From Meiothermus sp. (GTDB taxonomy: Bacteria > Deinococcota > Deinococci > Deinococcales > Thermaceae), in contig JANRLD010000042.1 of the NCBI GenBank assembly GCA_033762915.1, forward strand, positions 1-64,000: DNA of 64,000 bases. The letters are read 5' to 3'. This document shows positions 1-10,143 of the stretch, piece after piece (position 1 is the stretch's first letter; every line of letters begins with the position of its first letter). Made by a program: the position numbers and the translations under genes. The notes under the pieces are model-generated. The model was given only the letters and a program-made list of their open reading frames with translations, was not told the origin of the DNA and made no database searches.

Positions 1-33
1 GGGCTTGCCTCTAAAGACGGCTTGTTCTTCCAT
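1..33 (-). CDS. 5' end of a gene running off the window edge (MEEQAVFRGKP...)
   Basis: ATG at 33 preceded by a GGAGG RBS on the minus strand; only 11 codons are visible. Confidence 0.4.
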   Translation of the reverse strand, partial: MEEQAVFRGKP

Positions 34-347
34 GTTTCCTCCGAACGGCTGGGCTGGGTTCGGGTCTAGTTTACCGGGGTCGCGTGGCTCGAGAGCGACT
101 CGCCTCTTTCCCCTGATGTTCGCGGTGATTCGGTTTTAGGCGCTGCCGCTGCAAATCGAGCGCCCAAGGGGCAGGGAGTGGTGCTTGCCCCCTTGGGCGC
201 TCAGCAGGCGGCTTGAGGCCAGCCCAATCCGTCTGTGGTGAGCGTCAGGGGGACACAAGGCGCAAGTTTGGGCAGATGGTGCTACCGCCCCCGGTAAGCT
301 GTGGTCGCTTTCTGCCTCCAGCCGTTTGCGTTCGAAGTTCCCCCAAT

Positions 348-377
348 TTGCCCCCTACCCGGCTCTTCTGCTATACT
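348..377 (+). promoter_or_regulatory. sigma70-type promoter of the rpsF operon
   Basis: TTGCCC-18bp-TATACT with a TG extended -10 motif. Confidence 0.6.
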
Positions 378-453
378 TGCGCCTTGTGACCTGAAGGGGT
401 CGCGGGCTTTGCCCTGCTGCCCCCAGGTATGGCGAAGGAGGTGAATCAAGCGA

Positions 454-816
454 ATGCCTAAATACGATGTGAACGTAGTCTTCAACCCCAACCTCGACGC
501 CGTGCAGGCCGCCGCCGAGCGCGAGATCGTCAAGGGTGCCCTCGAGCGCCACGGTGCCACCATCACCAATGTCGACGATTGGGGCAACCGCCGCATGGCC
601 TACGAGATCCAGAAGGACCGCGAGGCCGCCGTGGTGTTTTACACCGTGGAGATGGCGGGCAACAGCAACGCCGCGCTGGCGCACGAGCTGCAACTGCGCG
701 ACCATGTACGTCGGGTTACCATCATCCGCGACCGTCCAGAGTGGAGCAAGCCCCGGAACAAGAAGAACAAGCCCCTGCCCTCGACCGGGCGCGGGCGGGA
801 TCGTGACCGGGACTGA
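454..816 (+). CDS. rpsF: 30S ribosomal protein S6
   Basis: MPKYDVNVVFNP...WGNRRMAYEI motif; AGGAGG RBS; operon context. Confidence 0.97.
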   Translation: MPKYDVNVVFNPNLDAVQAAAEREIVKGALERHGATITNVDDWGNRRMAYEIQKDREAAVVFYTVEMAGNSNAALAHELQLRDHVRRVTIIRDRPEWSKPRNKKNKPLPSTGRGRDRDRD

Positions 817-1001
817 AACCACTCGAGCTGAGTTCTGAGCGTCGAGCCGTATGACCGAAACGGAACTCGCCTAGTGGCTGTTAGCAACTTGGCAAGGTGG
901 CGATTGGCCAGACCCATAGGCGAACCGCGAACCGCTAACTGCTAAAAGCCAAACAGCGATCGCAAAGTAAACTAGACCTAAACGTACACCGAGGAACAGA
1001 T

Positions 1002-1847
1002 ATGGCTCGAGGACTCAACCGCGTAACCCTGATCGGAACCCTAACCCAAGACCCGGAGCTGCGCTACACGGCGGGCGGGCTGGCGGTGATGGAGCTTAAC
1101 CTGGCGGGCAACGACGCCGTCGTGGATGAGCAGGGCCAGACCCGTGAGCTGGCTTGGTATCACCGCGTGAAGCTGTTCGGCAAGAGCGCGGAGTTCTGGG
1201 GCGACACCCTCAAAGCCGGGATGGCCCTCTACGTAGAGGGCAAGATCGAGTACCGCGCCTGGGAGCAGGACGGCCAGAAGAGGAGCGCCTTGGACATCAA
1301 AGCTGACCGGATGGAGATCGTCAGCCTCGAGGGCAAGCGCGGCCAGCTGACCGTGACCGATGCGAGGGGCCAGGAACGCCTGCGGGAGGGGCTCAACCAC
1401 GTCATGATGGTGGGCAACCTCACCCGCGACCCCGAGCTTAAGTACACCCCCCAGGGCACCGCCGTCACCCGCATCTCGATGGCCGTCAACGAGAAGTTCG
1501 TCAACAAGGGTCAGGAGCAGGAGAAGGTTCACTACGTGGAGGCGCAGGCTTGGCGAGACCTCGCCGAGTTCGCCGCCGAACTCAAAAAAGGAGACGGAGC
1601 GTTCCTAATCGGGCGCTTGGTAAACGACTCCTGGACCGCTCAGGACGGCACGCGCCGCTACACCACCCGTGTGGAGTGCAGCCGCCTCGAGCGACTTGCC
1701 CGTGGAACTGGACAAGGTTCGACAGGTGGAACCAGTTCCCAAGTGACTGGCCCGGCGCAGCCGGCCAGCCCGAAAGGCCGTGCGGGCAAGGTAGACATTG
1801 ACGAAGGCTTGGAAGATTTCCCACCTGAGGAGGACTTACCGTTTTGA
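1002..1847 (+). CDS. ssb: single-stranded DNA-binding protein with two OB folds (Deinococcus-Thermus type)
   Basis: Two repeats of GLN(R/H)V..IG.LT.DPEL.YT; acidic tail EEDLPF. Confidence 0.97.
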   Translation: MARGLNRVTLIGTLTQDPELRYTAGGLAVMELNLAGNDAVVDEQGQTRELAWYHRVKLFGKSAEFWGDTLKAGMALYVEGKIEYRAWEQDGQKRSALDIKADRMEIVSLEGKRGQLTVTDARGQERLREGLNHVMMVGNLTRDPELKYTPQGTAVTRISMAVNEKFVNKGQEQEKVHYVEAQAWRDLAEFAAELKKGDGAFLIGRLVNDSWTAQDGTRRYTTRVECSRLERLARGTGQGSTGGTSSQVTGPAQPASPKGRAGKVDIDEGLEDFPPEEDLPF

Positions 1848-2128
1848 GCACCAAGAGCGTTGGTTCAAAACCCCGTGGCGAGCGCGGGGAGCGCGGCAAC
1901 CGCAGGGGTGCCCGCAAGCCCAAAGTGGCTGCCGCCGTGGGGCCGTTCAACCTGAACGACTTCAAGAACATCGACACCCTGCGCCGCTTCCTGTCGGAGA
2001 CGGGCAAAATTCTGCCCCGCCGCCGCACCGGCCTGAACGCCCAGGATCAGCGCAAGCTGGCCCGCACCATCAAGCGCGTGCGCATGATGGGGCTGCTGCC
2101 CTTCACCGACAAGCTGGTTCGGAAGTAG
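1844..2128 (+). CDS. rpsR: 30S ribosomal protein S18 (Cys-free form)
   Basis: [15 protein letters not shown]...LLPF; TTG start overlaps the ssb stop. Confidence 0.96.
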   Translation: MSTKSVGSKPRGERGERGNRRGARKPKVAAAVGPFNLNDFKNIDTLRRFLSETGKILPRRRTGLNAQDQRKLARTIKRVRMMGLLPFTDKLVRK

Positions 2129-2183
2129 GAGCCAGCGGGGCAGGCGGTCTTTGCCCGCCCCCACCGAAGGGAGTGTACTAAAG

Positions 2184-2627
2184 ATGAAAGTGATCCTGCT
2201 TGAACCCGTGGACAAACTGGGCGACGTGGGCAACGTGGTCAACGTGAAGCCGGGCTACGCCCGCAACTTCCTGCTGCCGCGCGGCCTGGCCACCGTCGCC
2301 AGCGAATCGGCCCTCAAGACCCTCGAGGCCAAGATCCGCGCCCAGGCCAAGAAGTCCGCCGAGCGCAAGACCGAGGCTGAGCGCCTGAAGGAAATCCTCG
2401 AGGCCGTGAGTCTCCAGGTCAAGGTCAAGTCCGGCGACCAGAAGATCTACGGCTCGGTTACCAGCCGCGAGATAGCCGCCGCCCTCGAGACCCAGAACCA
2501 GATCACCATAGACCCTAAGCGTCTGCTGCTGGAGAAGCCCATCAAAGAGCTGGGCGACTACACCCTGGTCTACCGCCCCCACCCCGAGGTTCCCATGAAC
2601 CTCAAGGTGAGCGTCGTAGCAGCATAG
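2184..2627 (+). CDS. rplI: 50S ribosomal protein L9
   Basis: MKVILLEPV..LG..G..V.VKPGYARNFLLP. Confidence 0.97.
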   Translation: MKVILLEPVDKLGDVGNVVNVKPGYARNFLLPRGLATVASESALKTLEAKIRAQAKKSAERKTEAERLKEILEAVSLQVKVKSGDQKIYGSVTSREIAAALETQNQITIDPKRLLLEKPIKELGDYTLVYRPHPEVPMNLKVSVVAA

Positions 2628-2660
2628 CTGTAGCAAGCTGCCCCGTACTGCGAATGGCTA

Positions 2661-2695
2661 AAGCCGCCTCGAGAAGCCTCGAGGCGGCTTTTCTT
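2661..2695 (+). terminator. intrinsic terminator of the rpsF operon
   Basis: AAGCCGCCTCGAG-aagc-CTCGAGGCGGCTT followed by a T-run. Confidence 0.85.
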
Positions 2696-2855
2696 GTGAT
2701 GCTTCCATCGCCATATCGCGTTTCCACAGGGGTGAGTGGCGCGGCTGACCATGCCGACACCTGGTGCGCCCGGGTCTCGCCCGCCGCCAGGCTGCGAAGG
2801 ACCGCAAACAGCTATAGCCGATGCTAATGCGGGCGCGGTAGAGTGGGCGGGACTT

Positions 2856-4010
2856 ATGCCAAAGCTGTGGACAATCCTGTGGAAAACCGCCGTCGTGCTG
2901 AGCCTTCTGAGTGGTCTTGCAGTCGCCCAAGGAGTACGAATGATCCGCCCTGACGCCCCGCCGCTGGCGGCTCGAGGCTCCGCTACCGTGGGAGTCAAGA
3001 CCGTCCAGTTTACCGATGCCTCGAGGCAGAACCGCCAGATCACCGCCGAGGTCTGGTATCCCGCCACCGGAGCCCAACAGACCACCGCCTACGACGGGGT
3101 GATCGGCCAGACCCCGGTGAAAATACCGGGCCGCGCCAACCGCAACGCCGCGCCCGCTGGCGGCAAGTTCCCGCTGATCATCACCTCGCACGGCCAGCCG
3201 GGTACGCGCTTTCAGTTCGCGTACTTGAGCGAGCATCTGGCCAGCCGGGGCTTCGTGGTGGCCAGCCTCGACCACCCCGGCTCAACCTACCAGACCCTCA
3301 CCCAGCAGAACTACATCAGCTCGATTGTGGACAGGCCGCTCGACGTGCTGTTTGCCATTGCGGAGGTCGCCAAGCAGGTACCCAGCGCCGACCCCGCCAA
3401 CGTGGGGCTGCTCGGCTACAGCTACGGCGGCTACAGCGTGGTGAACGCGGCGGGGGCAAGTCTGGACGCCGCAGCTCTGGGCGAGTATTGCCGCGCCTCC
3501 GGCGGCGAAGGCCCCTGTTTTGCTCAGCAATTCTTTGCCCCGCTGGCCCAGGCCAGGGGCAACCTGCGGCCCGACCCACGCGTCAAGGCGGTGATGGCGC
3601 TGGCCCCCTACGGACAGCCGTGGATCGGCGCCAAGTCACTGGGGGCGCTGCAAGTGCCCCTGTTCGTGGCGGCCGGCGAGGCCGACGACGTGGCGACCTA
3701 CAAGCGGGACGCCCTCGAGTACTACCGGGGCGCGGGCTCGCGCAACAAATACCTGCTGACCCTGGCGGGCGCCCAGCACAACCCCTTCGTGGAGTGCCCC
3801 GCCGAGGTGCGGGCCAACGAGCAGGACTACTGGCGCTGCTGGGAGCCGGTGTGGGATCTGGAGCGCTCGCACGACCTGACCCGCCACTTCGCTTCGGCCT
3901 TCTTCGGACGCTTCTTGCAGAACAACGCTGAGGCCGGCAACTTCCTGAACCCCGGTTTACCCGGTTTCAAGCCGCGCACCACGGTGGGGGTGAAGCTCGA
4001 GACGCGATGA
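2856..4010 (+). CDS. secreted alpha/beta hydrolase (dienelactone hydrolase / PAF-acetylhydrolase-like)
   Basis: Signal peptide ending AVA-Q; PLIITSHG, LASRGFVVASLDH and nucleophile GYSYGG. Confidence 0.8.
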   Translation: MPKLWTILWKTAVVLSLLSGLAVAQGVRMIRPDAPPLAARGSATVGVKTVQFTDASRQNRQITAEVWYPATGAQQTTAYDGVIGQTPVKIPGRANRNAAPAGGKFPLIITSHGQPGTRFQFAYLSEHLASRGFVVASLDHPGSTYQTLTQQNYISSIVDRPLDVLFAIAEVAKQVPSADPANVGLLGYSYGGYSVVNAAGASLDAAALGEYCRASGGEGPCFAQQFFAPLAQARGNLRPDPRVKAVMALAPYGQPWIGAKSLGALQVPLFVAAGEADDVATYKRDALEYYRGAGSRNKYLLTLAGAQHNPFVECPAEVRANEQDYWRCWEPVWDLERSHDLTRHFASAFFGRFLQNNAEAGNFLNPGLPGFKPRTTVGVKLETR

Positions 4011-4040
4011 AGCGGGTCAAGAGTCGAGAGTCGAGGGCTA

Positions 4041-4126
4041 TTGCGTTTCCCACCCTTACCCCCCCGCGGCGGTAGGTAATGTACTCCCTACAGCGTTGCT
4101 GTAGGGAGTATGCGTGGGAACCGCTC
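4041..4126 (+). mobile_element. MITE-like element, family A, copy 1
   Basis: TTGCGTTTCCCAC...TACTCCCTACAGC/GCTGTAGGGAGTA hairpin...GTGGGAACCGCTC, flanked by TA/TA; near-identical copies elsewhere in the window. Confidence 0.8.
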
Positions 4127-4172
4127 TAGGAGCTAAGAGCTATAGGGCTGAAGGCGTCGAAAGCCGAATCTC

Positions 4173-4208
4173 AAAAGAAAGGCTCCCCTATTTCGGGGAG
4201 CCTGTTTC
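4173..4208. terminator. bidirectional terminator-like hairpin between convergent genes
   Basis: AGGCTCCCC-tatttc-GGGGAGCCT with an A-run on the left and TGTTTC on the right. Confidence 0.7.
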
Positions 4209-4259
4209 ATTCAGTCTTCAGTCTTCAGCCTTTGGCCTTCGGCTTTTAGCCCTCCGACC

Positions 4260-4771
4260 CTACGGCTTGGGGATGTAGCTCGGCGTGAACTGGCCGCCCA
4301 AGGTCAGCTTGCCGCCCTTCACCGCCACCACCGTGACGGCCTTGGAGGGGATCCTCGAGCCGCCCAGGAAGCTGATGGAGCCGGTGGCGGCCGGGAAGTT
4401 CCGGGTGGCGTTCAGGGCCTTGCGGATCTTGGCCGGGTCGGCCGAGCCGGCCCGCTTGATGACGTCGGCCAGCAGCTTGACCACGTCGTAGCCCAGCAGG
4501 GCGAACACGGCGTCGGGGTCCTTGCCGTACTCCTTCTTATATGCGGCCATGAAGCCGCGCACCGCGGGGGCGCCGGCGGCGCGCCCCTCGAAGTGCACCG
4601 TGCCGCCGCTGGGGCGCAGGAAGCCAGTGATCAGGTTGAACAGGGTACTCTTGCCCGAGCCGTTGGGGCCGATGATGCCCACAATCTCGCCGGGCCCCAC
4701 CTCGAGGTGTGGTCCTTGAGGGCCTGCAGGCCGCGGAAGGACTTGGACAGGGAGGCGGTCTGCAGGAGCAT
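4260..4771 (-). pseudogene. chimeric relic: N-terminus of a LivG-type ATPase fused to the C-terminus of a LivK-type binding protein
   Basis: ATG at 4771 gives MLLQTASLSKSFRGLQAL, then a frameshift, then Walker A GPNGSGKST, then an abrupt switch to FMAAYKKEYGKDPD..ALLGYDVV. Confidence 0.8.
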
Positions 4772-4960
4772 AGGTTGATCTTCCGGGAATATCTGGGGGA
4801 AGGGATGGTGGCTCAGGAAGGCGAAGGAAAGTAGCCTAAGCTATAATTTATCACCGCGTTTCCAAAACATGCAAACTGTTTCCACAGGGCAGCCGCAAGG
4901 GTCAAGAGCGTTTAAGGGGGTCGGTCCTGACCCCGTACCCACCTCGCTGCCTTACCGTGT

Positions 4961-5434
4961 CTAAGGCTCATCCTTCACCGGCAGCGGCAGGCCCGAGCGT
5001 TCGCGCAGCTCCTCGAGCACGATCGCGGTGTGCACCCGCTCGACCACGTTCTGTGCGTCGGAGAAGTCGCGTAGGAATTTGCGTAGGTCGTTGTGGTCAC
5101 GCACCAGCACCTTGAGCACTGCGTCGTAGGCGCCGGTCAGGGTGTAGCACTCGAGGATCTGGGGGAACTGTGCGATGGCCTTCTCGAGGCTGTGCAGGTT
5201 CTTCATGGCCAGGTTGGTCTTGAAGGTGACCAAGAGTATGCACAGCAGATCGAGGCCCAGGCGCTCGCGGCTGAGGACGACTGTGAATTGCTTGACATAG
5301 CCTTGTTCTTCAAGACGCTTGAGCCGCTTGTGGATTCCTGTGGGCGAGAGCCCCACCGCCTTGGCTAAGTCGGCGTGGCTGGTGCGGCTGTCGTCCTGCA
5401 GCAACTCGAGCAATTTAGAGTCAATCTTGTCCAC
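4961..5434 (-). CDS. Lrp/AsnC family transcriptional regulator
   Basis: MDKIDSKLLELLQDDSR..LAKAVGLS...RLKRLEEQG; C-terminal RAM domain. Confidence 0.93.
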   Translation of the reverse strand: MDKIDSKLLELLQDDSRTSHADLAKAVGLSPTGIHKRLKRLEEQGYVKQFTVVLSRERLGLDLLCILLVTFKTNLAMKNLHSLEKAIAQFPQILECYTLTGAYDAVLKVLVRDHNDLRKFLRDFSDAQNVVERVHTAIVLEELRERSGLPLPVKDEP

Positions 5435-5618
5435 GGTTCACCTCTACCCTCCCGACCTTCCCGGACGGATTATGCCACAGGAGTCAAGCTCCGCCCGGGC
5501 GAGCTGGTGTGAAAACTTCTCTAGTTAGACAATTTTAGAGAACATTACACCCTCCTCTTGTGATTCTGGTGACTGAATGTTACCATAGCCCCCAATTGAA
5601 GCCAAGGAGGTCCACGCC

Positions 5619-6926
5619 ATGAACCCAACCATCCGCTCGGTGCTAGACCGTATCGAGGCCGACCGCGATTTCGTGATCGGGCTGACGCAGCAGTTGGTGC
5701 GAATCCCCACCGTCAACCCCAAGTTCGAGCAGGGGCCGGGGATCAACCGCGAGCCCGACCTCCAGAACCATCTCGAGGGCGTGCTGAAGGATCTGGGGAT
5801 GCAGACCGAGCAGAGCGAGGCCCTGCCGGGCCGCCCCAACCTGGTGGGGCGGTTGCCGGGGAGCAACGAGCGCAGCCTGATCTTGAATGGACACATTGAC
5901 GTGGTACCGGTCGGCGAGCAGAGCCGCTGGACGATGGACCCCTTCGGCGGGGAGATCGTGGGCAATAGGCTGTATGGGCGCGGCTCGATTGATATGAAGG
6001 CCGGGGTGGCTGCCAACGTGGCAGCGGTGAAGGCCATTCGCGAGGCTGGCCTACAGCTCGAGGGCCGCCTGGAGCTTCACAGCGTAGTGGACGAGGAGGC
6101 GGGCGGCTTCGGCACGATTGATCTCATCAAGCGGGGCCATTTGGCGGCAGGGGCCATCGTGACCGAGCCGACCTGGGGCGCGGTGCTGCCCGCCGAGGGG
6201 GGCCTGGAGTGGTGCCGAGTCACCATCACCGGCAAGTCGGCGCACTCGGCTTGGCGCTACAACGAAATCTTCCCGCAGCATCACACCGTCGAGCGCCTCG
6301 AGCCGGGCACAAACGCCATCCTACTGGCGGCGAGGTTTCTCGAAGCGCTCCAGCAGTACGAACTCGACATCACCCGACGCCGCTCGCACCCGCTGGTGCC
6401 GGCGGGCCTTAATACCATCAATGTAGGAGTGATTCGCGGCGGCTCGGGGCGTGGCCCGGACGGCCTGCCCGCCGTGATGACCAACCCGGCCATCATCCCC
6501 GACACGGTGGTGATTGACCTGGATATGAAGTTCCTGCCACAGGAGACCTCGGCGGAGTACCGCGCCGAGTTCGAGTCCTTCGTCCACCACTTCGCCCAAA
6601 CCAGCCACTGGCTGCGCGAGCACCCGCCACAACTTCAGTGGGAGCTGGGCGGGCTGCACTTCCCGCCGATGAACACCCCGGTCGAGCACCCCCTGGTGAG
6701 TTCAGTGATCGGGCTGCGCAAAGAGTTGGGCCTCGAGACGGCCATCAAGGGTTTCGAAGCGGTCGCTGACGCGGCCTTCTACGCCGGCGCGGGGATGCCG
6801 GTGGTGATCTACGGCCCTGGCGGCGACGGCTTCCATGGCTACGACGAGTACGTGGACATCGAGTCGCTGGTGCTGACTACCAAGGTGGTGGCGGCCAGCG
6901 TGCTCGAGTGGTGTGGGGTGGGCTAG
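5619..6926 (+). CDS. M20 family ArgE/DapE-like deacylase
   Basis: LNGHIDVVP, GRGSIDMKAG, DEE, EPT and terminal His motifs. Confidence 0.9.
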   Translation: MNPTIRSVLDRIEADRDFVIGLTQQLVRIPTVNPKFEQGPGINREPDLQNHLEGVLKDLGMQTEQSEALPGRPNLVGRLPGSNERSLILNGHIDVVPVGEQSRWTMDPFGGEIVGNRLYGRGSIDMKAGVAANVAAVKAIREAGLQLEGRLELHSVVDEEAGGFGTIDLIKRGHLAAGAIVTEPTWGAVLPAEGGLEWCRVTITGKSAHSAWRYNEIFPQHHTVERLEPGTNAILLAARFLEALQQYELDITRRRSHPLVPAGLNTINVGVIRGGSGRGPDGLPAVMTNPAIIPDTVVIDLDMKFLPQETSAEYRAEFESFVHHFAQTSHWLREHPPQLQWELGGLHFPPMNTPVEHPLVSSVIGLRKELGLETAIKGFEAVADAAFYAGAGMPVVIYGPGGDGFHGYDEYVDIESLVLTTKVVAASVLEWCGVG

Positions 6927-7036
6927 AAGACCAGACCGTCCGCGTCTGGCGAGGCGGCGGAAACGGGGGCAGTTGGAGGCAAGCGGCTCGAGGTTTACGG
7001 TATCAGACAGATCGGAAACAGCACAAGGAGGGGTCT

Positions 7037-8293
7037 ATGCAACGGAATCGGAGGGTAGTGATGTGGGGTGTAGGGCTGGCAGTGGTGGGGCTGACTGCCT
7101 GGGGTTTGCTGGACGTGGCGCAGGCCCAGACTAAGGTGGTTAAAATTGGCATCCTGGCCCCCCTGAGCGGTAACTCTGCCGCTGATGGCGAGGAGATGGT
7201 GCGCGGGGCTCAACTGGCGGTCAAGGAGATCAACGCGGCGGGCGGGGTCTCGGGCTACCGCTTCGAGGTGATCACCGGTGACACCAAAGACCAGACCCCT
7301 GACGCGGTGACCAGCGCCTTCGAGCGTATCTCCGGCGATAAGGACGTTCATTTCATGGCCACCGGCTACGCCAGCTCGACTAACTTCGAGATCGACCTGA
7401 TGGCCAAGGCCAACATGCCTTACCTGGTCTCGGCCAACTCGGCCCAGACCCGCGACATCATCGCCAAGGCCCCCGACAAGTACCCCACCGTCTGGTCGCT
7501 CACGCCCTCCTACGACGCCTACGAGACTCAGGTGCTGCCGGTGATCCAGAGCTTAGAGAAGCAAGGCCTGGTCAAGCTTCCCAACAAGAAGCTGGCCATC
7601 GTCTCCTCCGACAATCCCTACTCCAAGACCATCTTCGAAGGGCTGAAGCGGAGCTTCACGCGGGCTGGCTGGACCGTGACGGTGCAAGACCTGCTGCCCT
7701 TCGGCGAGATCAGCGACTGGCGGGCCTTCCTGGGCAAGGTGCGGGCCGACCCCCCAGCCGTGCTGATCAACACCGACTACCTGCCCGCCAATGCCGCCAC
7801 CTTCATGACGCAGTTCCTTGAGAACCCCACCAACAGCCTGGTCTTCATTCAGTACGCCCCCAGCGTACCGGAGTTCGTGGAGCTGACCAAGGGCAAGTCT
7901 ACCGGGGTGCTCTACAACCTGTTGGGCGGCGTCTTGAACACCCCCGGCAACCCCAGGGCAGCCGTGGTGTTAAAGAAGTTCAGGGACGAGTACAAGGTCG
8001 AGTCGGGCAGTTACGGCGCAGCCCTCTACGAGTCGGTCTACATCTACGCCGACGCGCTGCGCAAGGTCAAAGACCCCACCAAGCGCCTCGAGATCGGCAA
8101 GGCCTTGGGCGCGACCAACAAGCAGCTCGCCTCGGGTCGCCTGGTTTTTGATCAGAAAACCCACCTGGCCCGCCAGGGCGACGCCTTTATCCCCCTCCAG
8201 TTCTACCAGCTCTGGGAGGGCAACCGGGTCCTGATCAACCCCACTAAGTACGCCACCGGCAAGTTCCAGGCTCCGCCGTGGATGAAGAAGTAA
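7037..8293 (+). CDS. branched-chain amino acid-type (Liv) ABC substrate-binding protein
   Basis: Signal peptide; VKIGILAPLSG..A..G....GAQLAVKEINAAGG. Confidence 0.9.
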   Translation: MQRNRRVVMWGVGLAVVGLTAWGLLDVAQAQTKVVKIGILAPLSGNSAADGEEMVRGAQLAVKEINAAGGVSGYRFEVITGDTKDQTPDAVTSAFERISGDKDVHFMATGYASSTNFEIDLMAKANMPYLVSANSAQTRDIIAKAPDKYPTVWSLTPSYDAYETQVLPVIQSLEKQGLVKLPNKKLAIVSSDNPYSKTIFEGLKRSFTRAGWTVTVQDLLPFGEISDWRAFLGKVRADPPAVLINTDYLPANAATFMTQFLENPTNSLVFIQYAPSVPEFVELTKGKSTGVLYNLLGGVLNTPGNPRAAVVLKKFRDEYKVESGSYGAALYESVYIYADALRKVKDPTKRLEIGKALGATNKQLASGRLVFDQKTHLARQGDAFIPLQFYQLWEGNRVLINPTKYATGKFQAPPWMKK

Positions 8294-8481
8294 AGGCCAA
8301 AGGTTGAATGAACATTTGGACCAAGTGCTCTGGCCGCACACGTTTTGACCGCCTCGAGAAGCTCCCGGCGCTTCTCGCAAATGCCCTACTCGCCGAGTGG
8401 GCCGGCCCTCCCACCAAGCTCAGGGCGCCGCGAGAGCCTCGGTAGACCCCAGCCTTAAGGCCGGGAGACCTTTCACCACAG

Positions 8482-8528
8482 ACTGTAGGGACGCTGACAG
8501 ACGGTGTTCGGCCTCGCGTCCCTACAGT
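8482..8528. repeat. GTAG-type REP-like inverted repeat
   Basis: ACTGTAGGGACGC...GCGTCCCTACAGT, perfect 13-bp arms. Confidence 0.6.
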
Positions 8529-8671
8529 TTCTGCCAGCGCGAACTACCATGACTCGACGATCCGCGAGTATGGAGAAAGCCCCGACGACCTGATGGTCTT
8601 GCTGTCTGCAAAACGCCGTACTTCATCCCAAGACAACATCGGAAACACTTTAGACAGGAACCCCTTGAGTC

Positions 8672-9412
8672 ATGTCCACACTCGCCCCTTTGTTAGTCGC
8701 TGAAAACGTGTGTAAGTCCTTCGGCTCTCTGCGGGCGGTCGCCGGAGTGAGCCTCGAGGTTCATCCCGGTCAGATCTACGGGGTGGCAGGCCCGAACGGG
8801 AGCGGTAAGAGTACGCTATTCAACGCGCTCACTGCCATCCCCTACCGCGCCGATTCGGGCAGAATTCTCTTCGATTCCAGGCCCATCGAGCGGATGCCTG
8901 CGCACCGCATCTGCCAACTCGGACTGGTGCGAACCTTCCAGAAAGATGCCGAGTTCGAGCGCTTAACGGCGCGGCAGAACGTGCGTGTTGGGGCGGTCTT
9001 CGGCGGACGGGAGCGGGGGGACCTGGACGCTCGAGTGGGCGCGGCCCTCGAGTTCGTCGGCTTCGACCCGGCCAGGGCCGACCGCCCGGTGCGTGAACTC
9101 TCCGTCTTCAACAAAAAGCAACTGATGATCGCCTCGGCGCTGGCGGCCCGGCCCCGGTTGCTGATGATGGACGAGCCGGCGTCAGGGCTGACCAAGCCGG
9201 AGGTGGACGAACTGGCGGGCCTGGTGCGCAGGATCAACGCCACCGGCGTCGCGGTACTGCTGATCGAGCACGTCCTGCCGCTGCTCCTGAGTGTCTCCCA
9301 GCGCCTGATGGTGCTCAACTACGGGCAGACGCTGGCCGAAGGCGAGCCGCAGGAGGTCATTAAGAATCCGGCGGTGGTCGAGGCGTACCTGGGGAAGCGG
9401 GGTCAGGCGTGA
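8672..9412 (+). CDS. Liv-type ABC ATP-binding protein (LivG-like)
   Basis: GPNGSGKST; LLMMDEP; IEH; ends VVEAYLG. Confidence 0.92.
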   Translation: MSTLAPLLVAENVCKSFGSLRAVAGVSLEVHPGQIYGVAGPNGSGKSTLFNALTAIPYRADSGRILFDSRPIERMPAHRICQLGLVRTFQKDAEFERLTARQNVRVGAVFGGRERGDLDARVGAALEFVGFDPARADRPVRELSVFNKKQLMIASALAARPRLLMMDEPASGLTKPEVDELAGLVRRINATGVAVLLIEHVLPLLLSVSQRLMVLNYGQTLAEGEPQEVIKNPAVVEAYLGKRGQA

Positions 9413-10143
9413 GCGCTGCCCCCCCGATCCTCGAGACCCACCAGCTTACCGGTGGCTACGGGAAGGTGCAGGTCTTGCGCGGTATCTCCATCGCGGTGGG
9501 GGAAGGCGAGCGGGTAGGGCTGTTCGGCCCCAACGGCCACGGCAAGACCACCTTGCTCAAGACCATCTCCGGGCTGATGCGCCCCTGGGGCGGAAGCATC
9601 CGTTTCAGGGGGCAGGCCATCGAGCGCAGCAGCCCTGGCGTGATCGTGGGCCTGGGCCTGATCCATGTGCCGCAGGGCAACACCCTCTTCCCTGAGCTGA
9701 CCGTCCAGGAGACCCTCGAGCTGGGGGCCTTCACCCCTCGGGTGCGGGCCAACAAGGCCCAGAACCTCGAGCGGGCCTTCGCCCTCTTCCCGCGCCTCGC
9801 CGAGCGCCGCCGCCAGCTCTGCAAGACCCTCTCGGGCGGCGAGCGGCAGATGGTCTCGATCTCGGTGGGGCTGATGTGTGAGCCGAGGCTGCTGATCCTC
9901 GACGAGCCGACCCTGGGCCTAGCCCCCAAGGTCAAGGACGAGCTCTGCGAAGCCATCGGGGTGATCTCCGGCGGCGGGGTCTCGCTGCTGCTCGTCGAGC
10001 AGGACATCGAGTTTCTGCTGGCCCTGACCGACCGGCTGTTCATGGTAGATCATGGCGAGGTGACTCGAGAAGTGCGCTCGGAGACGGGGCTTGACCATGC
10101 CCAGATCATGGACCTGTACTTTGGCGTGGAGGCCCGGCAATGA
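9409..10143 (+). CDS. Liv-type ABC ATP-binding protein (LivF-like)
   Basis: GPNGHGKTT; LSGGERQM; LDEPTLGLAP. Confidence 0.92.
   Translation: MSAAPPILETHQLTGGYGKVQVLRGISIAVGEGERVGLFGPNGHGKTTLLKTISGLMRPWGGSIRFRGQAIERSSPGVIVGLGLIHVPQGNTLFPELTVQETLELGAFTPRVRANKAQNLERAFALFPRLAERRRQLCKTLSGGERQMVSISVGLMCEPRLLILDEPTLGLAPKVKDELCEAIGVISGGGVSLLLVEQDIEFLLALTDRLFMVDHGEVTREVRSETGLDHAQIMDLYFGVEARQ

Noticed and set aside
158..202. Strong hairpin GAGCGCCCAAGGGG...CCCCTTGGGCGCTC
   Set aside because: Single copy between divergent genes with no U-tract; no function could be assigned
1002..1847. Double-length Ssb as a novelty
   Set aside because: Two OB folds per chain is the established Deinococcus-Thermus form
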